Below, in pieces: positions 37,732-46,513 of a stretch of 64,000 nucleotides of DNA. The notes under the pieces are model-generated. The model made no database searches, was not told where the DNA came from, and saw only the letters and a program-made list of their open reading frames with translations. The stretch lies in the IMG/VR virus record IMGVR_UViG_3300042907_000878, positions 27,283 through 91,282 of that record; one strand, 5' to 3'. How positions within the stretch are numbered: position 1 is the first letter of the stretch; each line of letters opens with the position of its first letter. The position numbers and the translations under genes were made by a program. The DNA comes from a virus.

Positions 37732-39911
37732 TAAATTTCACAATTTCCCCCAGAACAAGCCAAGGCTTGCTCCAATTGAGTATCATCGTATTGTTCTTCT
37801 ACAATTGTATAATCTACTTCTTTGTATTCTCTTTTGAGTTCTGTCCAAAGTTTGAAATTATAAATATCTTTCATACAATAAGTAAGTTCTTTTACATCGC
37901 CTTCAAAATATTTATTAGCAAACTTTTTACATCTTTCAACCCATTCGACTTTTGCCTTACCTTTAATAGCACTCCCAAGTCCAGAAATGCTATCACAAGC
38001 TGCCCAAAGATTGTCTTCCCATAAAGTAAGCGCGACTTCAATTAAACCACTTACAAACATCACGCCTTCACCATAATGAGAAATCATCTCTGTAGGTAAA
38101 TACACAGCCGTGAATGGGGCTTGTGGATAATCTTTATCGCCAGTAACTGGAAGCAATGAAATGCCGCAGAAAAATTCTCTATTTGCATAGATAAAATCTT
38201 CTACTTCATTCCATTCATCAGGTTTAACATTGATTGTATTACTTACATTGTGAGTTAACCAAGGCTTAGTGCAAAGCTCAATATTAGTTCCGGGCAATAC
38301 CCAGTTCTGTTGTGTTGACTTTACGATCTTAAGCAACTCAATAGCTGTAATCTTATTCTTTGTTTTGCTACCGTCTGGAACTTCAATACAGAAGGCGATT
38401 ACATCATCGGTCCTATTGGCCGACCAAACAGATTCTTCGCACGCCCTTGGATTGACTTTGTTGAATTGCTGGTATAACGCTTCTGCCTTATTCGCCTGTA
38501 CACGCCTAATGTAGCGTTTAGCATGATGAGGATGAATACCACTGGCAGTGCCAAGGATACAACTAGCAGTGCCTTCAGGCTTGACACAGGTGACTCTCGC
38601 CGCTTGATTAATTCCAATCTTTTCGGCGATAAGTTTGTTTGTTTCTTTTGCAAGCTCTGCCGCCTTTCGTTGAATATCTGGATTCAAGCAGATTTCTGGC
38701 CTTTCCAGCCAGCCAGTTCCTGAGACTCCAAGTAATGCTTCTCTAGCAAAAATCTTTTCACTAGTCTCGCCTAGATATGGAAAACTATTAAATCCGGCTT
38801 GAAGAGTGCCAATAATAGTTACGGCTTTAACTGCATCATAAAAGTCTTGCTCTGAATTAACTTTTGCACAATTAACCGTAGAAAGATTACACCCTTGCCA
38901 TCCACTCTTGCCAGTTTCTACATCTACTGGATACATTCCAATTTCAACGCATGGGTTAACAATAAAATCTTCATCATCAGCCCATACGAATCCCGGTTCG
39001 CCAAACTGCTTAACCGATTGCATTAACTCTGCGAACTGTTCAGGAGTTGTTTTACCTCTTAGAAGAAGTGCCGAGTTATTTGAGCGACCCCGTTGAGGAT
39101 TATCAGTAAACCAATTGCCAGTTTTAGCTGTAGCCATCTCTTTATCGTCTGGCGAGAAGAGACAAATGGTAGCACTACGGCGCACTCCACCACTAATAAC
39201 AGCATCGGCGGCGTGCATAACAATATCGTATGCTTCGATTGACTTAAGTCTACCATCTCCTCTATTAACTGCATTATCTAGCACTTTCTTAATATTGCCA
39301 AGAGCTTTTTTTAGTGGTTCTGCTCCCGGAGCTTTTCCACCTCCAGAAATTCTTGTTCCTTTGGCTCTGATCTTGTCGAAATTAAACTGAACTTCTTTTC
39401 CGTTGTATTCTGGAAAATCAGTTTCGCCTTCAAAATATGAGCTGAGCAACACTCCAATCGCATCACTCCAGCCTTCAATTTCATCTGGTACTGTATATTT
39501 TACTTTGCCAGATCTTTCTTTAGATAAGTTAGGAAGTTTATCAATATGCTTTTTCTGCACTGAAAATCCTACACCACAACCACAAAGAAGCATATACATG
39601 CACTCTTGAAAGAATCTAATTCTATCAATGAAAGATACTGTACAATTAAACATACGGGCGTTATGTTTAAAAATAGGATCTCCACCGAATTGCAATGCTC
39701 TCTGCGACCCCAACCCCTTCTTCTTGAGCATCATATCATATGCCCAATCGATATCTGCGTGCAAGTCTTCACTTTTATCTGCATATTGTTTATGCATCAT
39801 ATTCCTAACACGATCAACACTTTCCTTGTATGTTTCTCGTCTTTTCTTATCTGGTAAATATCTTGCGTATTTTGCAGAGAACGTGTAATCCTGTAAAGCT
39901 TTAATCGACAT
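37731..39911 (-). CDS. nrdJ: Class II (B12-dependent) ribonucleotide reductase
   Basis: FNC, GCGVGF, GGVRRSA, NPCVEI, CNL, KPEGTAS and C-terminal CSGGNC; no beta-subunit gene nearby. Confidence 0.9.
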   Translation of the reverse strand: MSIKALQDYTFSAKYARYLPDKKRRETYKESVDRVRNMMHKQYADKSEDLHADIDWAYDMMLKKKGLGSQRALQFGGDPIFKHNARMFNCTVSFIDRIRFFQECMYMLLCGCGVGFSVQKKHIDKLPNLSKERSGKVKYTVPDEIEGWSDAIGVLLSSYFEGETDFPEYNGKEVQFNFDKIRAKGTRISGGGKAPGAEPLKKALGNIKKVLDNAVNRGDGRLKSIEAYDIVMHAADAVISGGVRRSATICLFSPDDKEMATAKTGNWFTDNPQRGRSNNSALLLRGKTTPEQFAELMQSVKQFGEPGFVWADDEDFIVNPCVEIGMYPVDVETGKSGWQGCNLSTVNCAKVNSEQDFYDAVKAVTIIGTLQAGFNSFPYLGETSEKIFAREALLGVSGTGWLERPEICLNPDIQRKAAELAKETNKLIAEKIGINQAARVTCVKPEGTASCILGTASGIHPHHAKRYIRRVQANKAEALYQQFNKVNPRACEESVWSANRTDDVIAFCIEVPDGSKTKNKITAIELLKIVKSTQQNWVLPGTNIELCTKPWLTHNVSNTINVKPDEWNEVEDFIYANREFFCGISLLPVTGDKDYPQAPFTAVYLPTEMISHYGEGVMFVSGLIEVALTLWEDNLWAACDSISGLGSAIKGKAKVEWVERCKKFANKYFEGDVKELTYCMKDIYNFKLWTELKREYKEVDYTIVEEQYDDTQLEQALACSGGNCEI

Positions 39912-40395
39912 TATCTTTTGCCCTTTTGTTTTTTAATTTTATATTTAGATTACTGAATACACTATATTCAAAATCCACTTCTTTAATTTGTAATCCGTTT
40001 TCTATTAAGAAATTAATTATCTTAATATCATCATCACTCATGGAATAAATTACTCCATGCTTATCTACTATAATTTTTCTAATACCGTTCTGCCATAGGA
40101 TTTTTGAACAGACAGAACATGGATACCCAGTTATATAAGCTCGCAAGTTTTTTTCTTTTACGATCATATTGGCTAAGGCATTTTGTTCCGCATGAATCAT
40201 ATAAGGATATTTGTATGGTCGTATCATTGGCAGATTTTCATCTTTGGTATCGGCTGGAAAGCCGTTATATCCTATGCTAACGACATGATTGTCTTCGTTA
40301 ACAATAACACAGCCCACTTGCGTTTGAGCGTCATGTGAACGCACAGCGGCTAAATGGGCCATTGCCATAAAGTATTGATCCCAGTCGGTTCTCAT
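39901..40395 (-). CDS. dCMP deaminase
   Basis: WDQYFM, GYNG, HAEQNA, PCxxC; start reassigned to 40395. Confidence 0.92.
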   Translation of the reverse strand: MRTDWDQYFMAMAHLAAVRSHDAQTQVGCVIVNEDNHVVSIGYNGFPADTKDENLPMIRPYKYPYMIHAEQNALANMIVKEKNLRAYITGYPCSVCSKILWQNGIRKIIVDKHGVIYSMSDDDIKIINFLIENGLQIKEVDFEYSVFSNLNIKLKNKRAKDNVD

Positions 40396-40595
40396 TTTGT
40401 AAGATACTCTTTGTGAATCCAAGAGAGTTGTAAAGTTTCGTCTTGAGGCCCATAAGCTACTAACTTATTATAGCCTTCTCTTGCCTCAAAGTATCCAAAA
40501 AATCCAGAAAGTCTTTTATTTGTTTCGGTTCCGGGAACTGGTTGTCGAGTTAACTTCTGAAGCTTCTCCAAGTCCACTGTCTTTAAATTAATCAT
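40392..40595 (-). CDS. Hypothetical protein
   Basis: 67 aa; ATGA overlap with the deaminase; AGGA RBS. Confidence 0.5.
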   Translation of the reverse strand: MINLKTVDLEKLQKLTRQPVPGTETNKRLSGFFGYFEAREGYNKLVAYGPQDETLQLSWIHKEYLTK

Positions 40596-40609
40596 TGTTT
40601 TGTCCTGTA

Positions 40610-40957
40610 TTATTCTTCGATTTTGAGGAGCGAAATTGCATCTTCTTTATCCATTTGTCCTACATATTCGATCTGTTCACTAGAAGGATCTTCATCTGCA
40701 AACGATAAGAAGTAAAACTCTTTAATCTCATATTTAATAAGCTCATGAAGCATTTTAATATTGTAATCGCTTTCTTTAAAAAGCTTAGCTAGTTTACTAG
40801 AAAGAGAGAAAGCTAAATAACCCTCTCTCTCGTCTAGTAATTGGATGCTTGTACAATAATAAGAAACTTTATTTTGCTTAAAACTAAAGAAGCTCAAAAT
40901 ATCATTTGACCAATCAAATTCTTCTTTAATATCAATATTGCCAATTTTAATACTCAT
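40610..40957 (-). CDS. Hypothetical protein
   Basis: 115-aa coupled ORF. Confidence 0.55.
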   Translation of the reverse strand: MSIKIGNIDIKEEFDWSNDILSFFSFKQNKVSYYCTSIQLLDEREGYLAFSLSSKLAKLFKESDYNIKMLHELIKYEIKEFYFLSFADEDPSSEQIEYVGQMDKEDAISLLKIEE

Positions 40958-41132
40958 TCTTATCGCTTTCTAAAACTACGGTTATTTTATTGAGTCTGAT
41001 ATCAATGAAGGTCTTGTCGCCAACCTTCCTTACATTGATATTATCCAACACTGCTTTCACTTTGTCAAGGTCTGACTGGGAGAAATTCAGCTGATTCAGC
41101 AAAATCTCAACTAACTTATCTTTTAATTCCAT
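40947..41132 (-). CDS. Hypothetical protein
   Basis: 61-aa coupled ORF with GGAG RBS. Confidence 0.5.
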   Translation of the reverse strand: MELKDKLVEILLNQLNFSQSDLDKVKAVLDNINVRKVGDKTFIDIRLNKITVVLESDKNEY

Positions 41133-41517
41133 TTGAAGCTCCAGCGGCAGCAGTCGCCATTCCGTTAGACATCGGGATTACTTTTTTTTTAGCATCTTCT
41201 AAGATTTCATTTAGCTCTACATTACCATGCATTATTTTATCTAATTTATTTGTATGATCATTTAATATATTTGCATGTATGGTAAAATTTTGCACTAAGA
41301 TTTCATTTTGCTTTTCTAGAATAGTTACAGTCCTGCCCGTTGAATCTTTTAATTGTGTGACTAATTCGAAGTGGGCATCTATTATTGGTTCAACTTTAAC
41401 AAATATCTTTTTACCAAGTTTATATACTACAAATCCAGTAATTAGCCATAACCCAACCGGAAATCCAGTTTTATTAATGAATTCACCTAAATTGGGAAGT
41501 ATTTCATGCCAACTCAT
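41116..41517 (-). CDS. Single-pass membrane protein, holin-like
   Basis: Start at 41517 with GGAGGT RBS; TGFPVG TM segment followed by a coiled coil. Confidence 0.5.
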   Translation of the reverse strand: MSWHEILPNLGEFINKTGFPVGLWLITGFVVYKLGKKIFVKVEPIIDAHFELVTQLKDSTGRTVTILEKQNEILVQNFTIHANILNDHTNKLDKIMHGNVELNEILEDAKKKVIPMSNGMATAAAGASNGIKR

Positions 41518-41527
41518 GTTCACCTCC

Positions 41528-41561
41528 AAAAAAAGGAGGGCTAGGCCGAAACCCAGCCCTC
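41528..41561 (-). terminator. Intrinsic terminator
   Basis: gagggctgggt-TTCG-gcctagccctc followed by c and T7. Confidence 0.88.
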
Positions 41562-41566
41562 GTATA

Positions 41567-42199
41567 TTATTTGCCTGTAATTGCTGGGTAAGAATACTTG
41601 TTAGAACTTGTTGCAGGATCGTATGTAACAAAGTTGCTTAGAATGTACAATTCGCCCGGAACTGCTCTGGTTGGAATCGACCCAGAAGTACCAAAATCCG
41701 CAGTAGCTGGTGTTGCTCCTGTTGGATCGGTAATCCATGTTGTTCTTTTCTTGATCTTAGTTCCATCTGTATTCCAGCCAGTTAAGCTGAATTGCATTTT
41801 ACGAATTAATGTTGTGGTATTTTCGTAGTGATCAGAAATGAAATATGGGAACTTAGGACCACTTGGGGTTCCACCCATAAATTGTAAGAATGTTTTAGAT
41901 ACGCCAGCAAGAGTTGTTGCTACTCTAGCTATGACATAAGTATTAGCGCCTCTAATATTTGAATTATAGGCAAATGTTCCAGCCGAAAGAATCTTTTGTG
42001 TGTTATATAGTTTAGCACCACTAAGTTCTTTTGGATAGGTGTAAATTGATTGATTTATCATATTGACATCTTTTACCTGAATAGCCTTGGTAATGATGGT
42101 TGTAGCTGTTGATAAGCCAATTATCGTACCGCCCTGAGTTTGCTTTGTGAATGATCCACCCGCTGTATTCTTAAGGTGGTTATTTGAACTTGGAACCAT
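41567..42199 (-). CDS. Thr/Gly-rich putative virion protein
   Basis: 210 aa; has its own upstream TGTGTATA motif and downstream terminator. Confidence 0.5.
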   Translation of the reverse strand: MVPSSNNHLKNTAGGSFTKQTQGGTIIGLSTATTIITKAIQVKDVNMINQSIYTYPKELSGAKLYNTQKILSAGTFAYNSNIRGANTYVIARVATTLAGVSKTFLQFMGGTPSGPKFPYFISDHYENTTTLIRKMQFSLTGWNTDGTKIKKRTTWITDPTGATPATADFGTSGSIPTRAVPGELYILSNFVTYDPATSSNKYSYPAITGK

Positions 42200-42269
42200 A
42201 GTGAAAACCCTCGATATTCATTTTATAATTTTATTTCCTTAATTATCCTTTTATAATCCTGTTCCTATA

Positions 42270-42770
42270 TTACATATACACAATTTCACGACATAACTCA
42301 AGAGCTTTTTTAAGTTTTTTTCGAGCGGCCTCTTTTCCATACCCGTTAGCTTGGCCAATTTCTTTATTTGTCATTCCACAGAAAAATTTTTGAAACAATA
42401 CATTGTAAAGTTCTTTATTCTTTTCTTGAACAGACATAAGAATATCTCTTGCTTCTTCCTTGTCTTTTGGATCAAAAGTTAGCTCTGGTTGATTTATAAA
42501 CAACTGTTTTTCTTTTTTTGTCTTTATTTTCTTTTTGTACAACCGTCTACTATTGTTTTGAATACTTCTATATAAATAGGAAGAAAACTTTGCATTTTCA
42601 TTATTTTTATATTTTTGCAAACAGTTCCATAATGTAGTGAGTGCTATTGATTGTATTTCATCTTTTGAACATACGTCTCTTAGATTTTCATTACATACTT
42701 TATATAAGATTTTTTTATAGTATTCATTATTGATTGCTTCTTGGAAAATATCATTGTTTACAGATTGCAT
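42270..42770 (-). CDS. Phage sigma70-family sigma factor (regions 2 and 4)
   Basis: DEIQS...LWNCLQKY...KFSSYLY (region 2) and GMTNKEIG...AARKKLKKAL (region 4 HTH). Confidence 0.8.
   Translation of the reverse strand: MQSVNNDIFQEAINNEYYKKILYKVCNENLRDVCSKDEIQSIALTTLWNCLQKYKNNENAKFSSYLYRSIQNNSRRLYKKKIKTKKEKQLFINQPELTFDPKDKEEARDILMSVQEKNKELYNVLFQKFFCGMTNKEIGQANGYGKEAARKKLKKALELCREIVYM
42275..42282 (-). promoter_or_regulatory. TGTGTATA putative late-promoter element
   Basis: At the end of the sigma gene, ~75 nt upstream of the 42199 start. Confidence 0.5.
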
Positions 42771-43158
42771 TCTCAATATCCTTTCTTACGCTGTTAAATT
42801 CAAAAAGTTTGCCAACTCCAATACAAAATGTATATCTACTCATTACCTTGATTGCTTCTACGCCTTCAATGGTTTTAATTTTATCAGAAATTTTATGAGT
42901 GACTCCAAAATTTGTATATCCTAACCAGCAGTCCCATCTATCCGATGGCTTTAGAATTGAATCAAATGAAACTGTACCCCAAGGAGTTTGTATTGTTTGG
43001 GGTTTCATCTCACCGAACAAAGGAGATAGAAAATTCTCTGATTGCATTGTTTGCTCTGAATCTGCTTCTTCCTCCATTTCATAGTTTTCTAAATCGGACG
43101 TATCCACTAATTCTTTTTCTTTTTCGTTCCAGCTTTCCCATGCTACTATTTTTTTCAT
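42751..43158 (-). CDS. Hypothetical protein
   Basis: WDCWLGYTNF...GVE...SRY...GVGKLF. Confidence 0.6.
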   Translation of the reverse strand: MKKIVAWESWNEKEKELVDTSDLENYEMEEEADSEQTMQSENFLSPLFGEMKPQTIQTPWGTVSFDSILKPSDRWDCWLGYTNFGVTHKISDKIKTIEGVEAIKVMSRYTFCIGVGKLFEFNSVRKDIENAICKQ

Positions 43159-43494
43159 TTAGTTTAGCTCCACGTTTGCGGGGTCGATAACTAGTTCGCT
43201 TGGCATTTGAGAATCTTTTACAATCTTTTGCAGTGCTAAGAATTTTTTATTGCCATTCTCAATACCTTTTGCTTGTTCTTTTAATTGTTCAAGCATCATA
43301 TTGTTAAAGTCTCCACTAGTGACTTTAGACAACAGAACTGCAAATTTCTTAACATCGTCTATAGATTCGCCCCATGAAGCTTCGAAGGCTATATTATTTT
43401 CTTGATCTAAACAAAATATAATAAATGATTTTGGAACAAATTCATCTGAAGGATTCTGGGGAGTTGCTTGATATGATTTTGACATAGTATTCAT
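43159..43494 (-). CDS. Hypothetical protein
   Basis: Coupled ORF; exact start uncertain. Confidence 0.55.
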   Translation of the reverse strand: MNTMSKSYQATPQNPSDEFVPKSFIIFCLDQENNIAFEASWGESIDDVKKFAVLLSKVTSGDFNNMMLEQLKEQAKGIENGNKKFLALQKIVKDSQMPSELVIDPANVELN

Positions 43495-43837
43495 CCAGTT
43501 TAATATCTAAAAAGTCGCTTATATTAATTAATCTGCCCATTTTATAACAACCTTCAAGCATTGGAAGTCTGCAAAGATATGTTATTTCAATTATATTCTT
43601 TACTCTCCTACAGTTCGCCAGATATTTAGTTGGCCAATCATAATCTATTTTTATATAGTCATTGTATAAATTCTGTAAGCAATCTTCTGGTGTTTTGAAT
43701 ATAGCTGACAGTTCTTTTTTTATAATACATTTATTTTCATCTAGTAATATTTTATAATAATTTGGATCTGTTTGAGAATATTTTTTATCTGCGAATATAA
43801 ATATAACCGATACCTCTGCTCTATATTTTATTTCCAT
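43442..43837 (-). CDS. Hypothetical protein
   Basis: Start MEIKY with GGAG RBS; first gene after a promoter. Confidence 0.55.
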   Translation of the reverse strand: MEIKYRAEVSVIFIFADKKYSQTDPNYYKILLDENKCIIKKELSAIFKTPEDCLQNLYNDYIKIDYDWPTKYLANCRRVKNIIEITYLCRLPMLEGCYKMGRLINISDFLDIKLDEYYVKIISSNSPESFR

Positions 43838-43873
43838 AGCTTCTCCAAAAATATGGGCTTGATACACTATTAC

Positions 43874-43902
43874 ATTATACCAAGCCCAATCATAAAAGTC
43901 AA
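43874..43902 (-). promoter_or_regulatory. Sigma70-type promoter with extended -10
   Basis: TTGACT-17 nt-TATAAT with TGn preceding the -10. Confidence 0.8.
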
Positions 43903-43904
43903 GT

Positions 43905-44378
43905 TTAATTTAACAATATCCATGCTATTGCTCGCATTTTTTCAGATAAAGCTACTTGCTCTTCTTTTGTAATAATAGCTTCATTCTCTCCCAGTGTAGA
44001 CAATATAATCTCATGCATTTTATCTCCAAGAGATTTATACTTATTGCTAAGTCTATTATTAAAAGTAAGTTTAGCAGAGTCTATGTAAAAATTTTCAAAA
44101 GAAATGGAATTTACATTTTCATAAGAGGGCAATCTTTTGCCCATCTCATTGTTGAAAATTGCAATTATCTCTCTGTCAAAAACTTCGTCCGATCCCGAAA
44201 CAATACTTTTAACATCTTTTAACTCTTCGAATAATTTATCTGTAGGCTTTTTTAAGTCTAACATTTTATTATAATCTGTAGATGGAATAACCGGCTTATT
44301 AATATTGGGTATTGAGATGCTATCCCAAAAGAATCCAATGATTACCAAAGCTATTCCTAAATATACTCTAGAATTCAT
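43905..44378 (-). CDS. Membrane-anchored/exported protein
   Basis: N-terminal TM, Pro linker, helical domain. Confidence 0.6.
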   Translation of the reverse strand: MNSRVYLGIALVIIGFFWDSISIPNINKPVIPSTDYNKMLDLKKPTDKLFEELKDVKSIVSGSDEVFDREIIAIFNNEMGKRLPSYENVNSISFENFYIDSAKLTFNNRLSNKYKSLGDKMHEIILSTLGENEAIITKEEQVALSEKMRAIAWILLN

Positions 44379-44379
44379 A

Positions 44380-44664
44380 TTATTTGTCCACTTTAATTAA
44401 CATGGGGAAAATTTCATCTAGTTTAACAACGGCTTCGCTTAGATTATTTTCTTCGCAAGCATCCTTCAGCACCTGCCACTTTTGAACGATTTCAACCAAA
44501 TTGTCTTTTGTTTCTACTGGAGTTGGTGCTGGAGTTGGGATAATATTTGGAATATCTATTTCACTAGCCTTCTTCTCTAATCTTTTAAGAAGAGAGGAGA
44601 AATCAAATGATGATAGGATTACAGCAAGCCCAAGACCTAAAAAAATCATTTGGCCTGTACTCAT
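44380..44664 (-). CDS. Single-pass membrane protein
   Basis: N-terminal TM and PTPAPTP linker. Confidence 0.6.
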   Translation of the reverse strand: MSTGQMIFLGLGLAVILSSFDFSSLLKRLEKKASEIDIPNIIPTPAPTPVETKDNLVEIVQKWQVLKDACEENNLSEAVVKLDEIFPMLIKVDK

Positions 44665-44849
44665 TGGGACACCTCAGTCTTTCTAACTGAATCACCAACA
44701 ATCCAGCTCGCACAAAGTAGTACGATATTTTGAATTTGCTCTGAGCTTAGAGTAGTAACTCCTAGACCTTCTGTTGTTACAGCTAAGACGCCAGCCACTG
44801 CGACCCAGAACCTACGAGATTGTAATAATGCTTGAATTTTAGTTTGCAT
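44661..44849 (-). CDS. Putative holin
   Basis: 62 aa, two hydrophobic segments, LxSRRFW motif common in small phage holins. Confidence 0.6.
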   Translation of the reverse strand: MQTKIQALLQSRRFWVAVAGVLAVTTEGLGVTTLSSEQIQNIVLLCASWIVGDSVRKTEVSQ

Positions 44850-45183
44850 TTTTTGCCTCCTGAACGATTGATTGAAAATTTTCCGATGTTATTTTTTTTG
44901 ACTCTGCCAATATAAGATCTTGTACCTGTGGTCTTAAGTGGGCATATTCCTTCGGAAGCTTATCTTTTACAGCTTTACGCAATAGAATTTTGTCGAGTGG
45001 GCCGGGATTTTTAACCCGGTCTTCTAGACTTCTTCCGAACACATTACATTTCATTAGCAGTTGAAGAACTCCAATAATGATTGATCCAATAATTATGATT
45101 AGACCAAAATCAAAAGAGTAGTTGTTCTCGCCATCCTCTATATTTGAGGCTATCTCTTTAGCTAGATCGTCTGTTGCACTCAT
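44839..45183 (-). CDS. Single-pass membrane protein
   Basis: FDFGLIIIIGSIIIGVLQLL TM followed by Cys. Confidence 0.6.
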   Translation of the reverse strand: MSATDDLAKEIASNIEDGENNYSFDFGLIIIIGSIIIGVLQLLMKCNVFGRSLEDRVKNPGPLDKILLRKAVKDKLPKEYAHLRPQVQDLILAESKKITSENFQSIVQEAKNAN

Positions 45184-45578
45184 GGATTCACCTGAATATA
45201 TTGTACTTGGGGTTGTACTTGAGGCTGAGTTGTCTGAACTGGCGGCTCTTCTTTTGGTTTACATTTACATACGCCGCCATCTTTTGAACATTGACATTTG
45301 AGCTTATTGCCGTCTGCCTGAACTATTTCGCCAGTCCCATTGCATTTACATGCGATTTCGGGGGCTGGAGGAGCTGGCTTTGGCACATTTTCCTTTTTAA
45401 TATTTTTCTTTTCTGTAGTATCTAAAATACTATTAACTCTCTCAACTTCTTTTTTTAGATCTGATTGAATGTCTCTAGATCCATATGCTTGAGATTGTTT
45501 ATCTGCTACATTATATTCGCTATAACTATAGCCAATAATTAGTCCAATCCCAAGAGCTACCACACTTTTTAAATTCAT
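45180..45578 (-). CDS. Membrane-anchored Cys-rich protein
   Basis: N-terminal TM; CKCNGTG...CQC...CKC; start reassigned to 45578. Confidence 0.6.
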   Translation of the reverse strand: MNLKSVVALGIGLIIGYSYSEYNVADKQSQAYGSRDIQSDLKKEVERVNSILDTTEKKNIKKENVPKPAPPAPEIACKCNGTGEIVQADGNKLKCQCSKDGGVCKCKPKEEPPVQTTQPQVQPQVQYIQVNP

Positions 45579-46513
45579 GCGAAAATCTCCTTCACTCTTG
45601 TCCAATCCATCTTGCGTTTAAAGCCATTGAAGTTGCTATAGGCAAATGTTGCTCCAGCACCGATCATGCCCTCGGCAACCTTTTGTCTAACCCAGAAACT
45701 TCCATCTGGTTGTTCATACCACTTAGGACCACTATTCCAAAGACCCCAGCTATTTTGAACTAGGAATAGCATTTCATTAAATCTCTCGTAAGTGTCATCA
45801 CATGCAATTAGTGTCATTGCGTGCGCCCAACTACCTTGAGGTTCAGCTATTCCATTCTTATCTCTGTGAGAAGAGAATCCATAGTTAGAGCAAACAGATA
45901 AAGCATATCCATTAGCCAATAAGTCTCTAGCTTGCTCAACGCTATTTACAGTTGTTACTGTAGTGATTTTATGCTCTGCACATTCTTTGATAACTGGTTC
46001 TGGAATGCCTCTGCCGCCCCAGTTCATTCCTATTTTAGCATTGTACGTGGATAAGTCAATGCCGAGTTTTTCATATTTTTGACGGAGTAAGAATCCACCC
46101 GTCACACTCACAAATCTTGCGGCTTGTGAACAGTGCATTCCTTGGCCGCTAGACCCCCTAGACCCGTAGATTGGTTCAGTAGCACCTCTAGCAACAAAAG
46201 ACTCTTTCTCTTTACCATAGAGAATCTCATAAGCTCTAGTGATGTCCACAGCATTACGTGTTGCATGGCTAACGCAGTCGCCAGTAGTTTGTGATTCATC
46301 TCCTCCAAAGGAAGGAAAGAAATATTGAATTGCTTTGTATGGCAAAGATAAAACACCTTTTCCTGTGCCATACAATAGTTGATCGCCAACATCTCCAAAT
46401 AGTGGATGCGGTAATTCATCCATAAGTTTTAACATATCTACTGGATCACATACCGCGCCTTGCAATCCATTATTGTATTGTTCTAAAAGTTCTTCTGGAC
46501 TATTAAATTCCAT
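45575..46513 (-). CDS. Papain-like (C1 family) cysteine peptidase
   Basis: QxxGDCV (oxyanion Gln and catalytic Cys), WAHAM (His), QNSWG (Asn). Confidence 0.85.
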   Translation of the reverse strand: MEFNSPEELLEQYNNGLQGAVCDPVDMLKLMDELPHPLFGDVGDQLLYGTGKGVLSLPYKAIQYFFPSFGGDESQTTGDCVSHATRNAVDITRAYEILYGKEKESFVARGATEPIYGSRGSSGQGMHCSQAARFVSVTGGFLLRQKYEKLGIDLSTYNAKIGMNWGGRGIPEPVIKECAEHKITTVTTVNSVEQARDLLANGYALSVCSNYGFSSHRDKNGIAEPQGSWAHAMTLIACDDTYERFNEMLFLVQNSWGLWNSGPKWYEQPDGSFWVRQKVAEGMIGAGATFAYSNFNGFKRKMDWTRVKEIFA

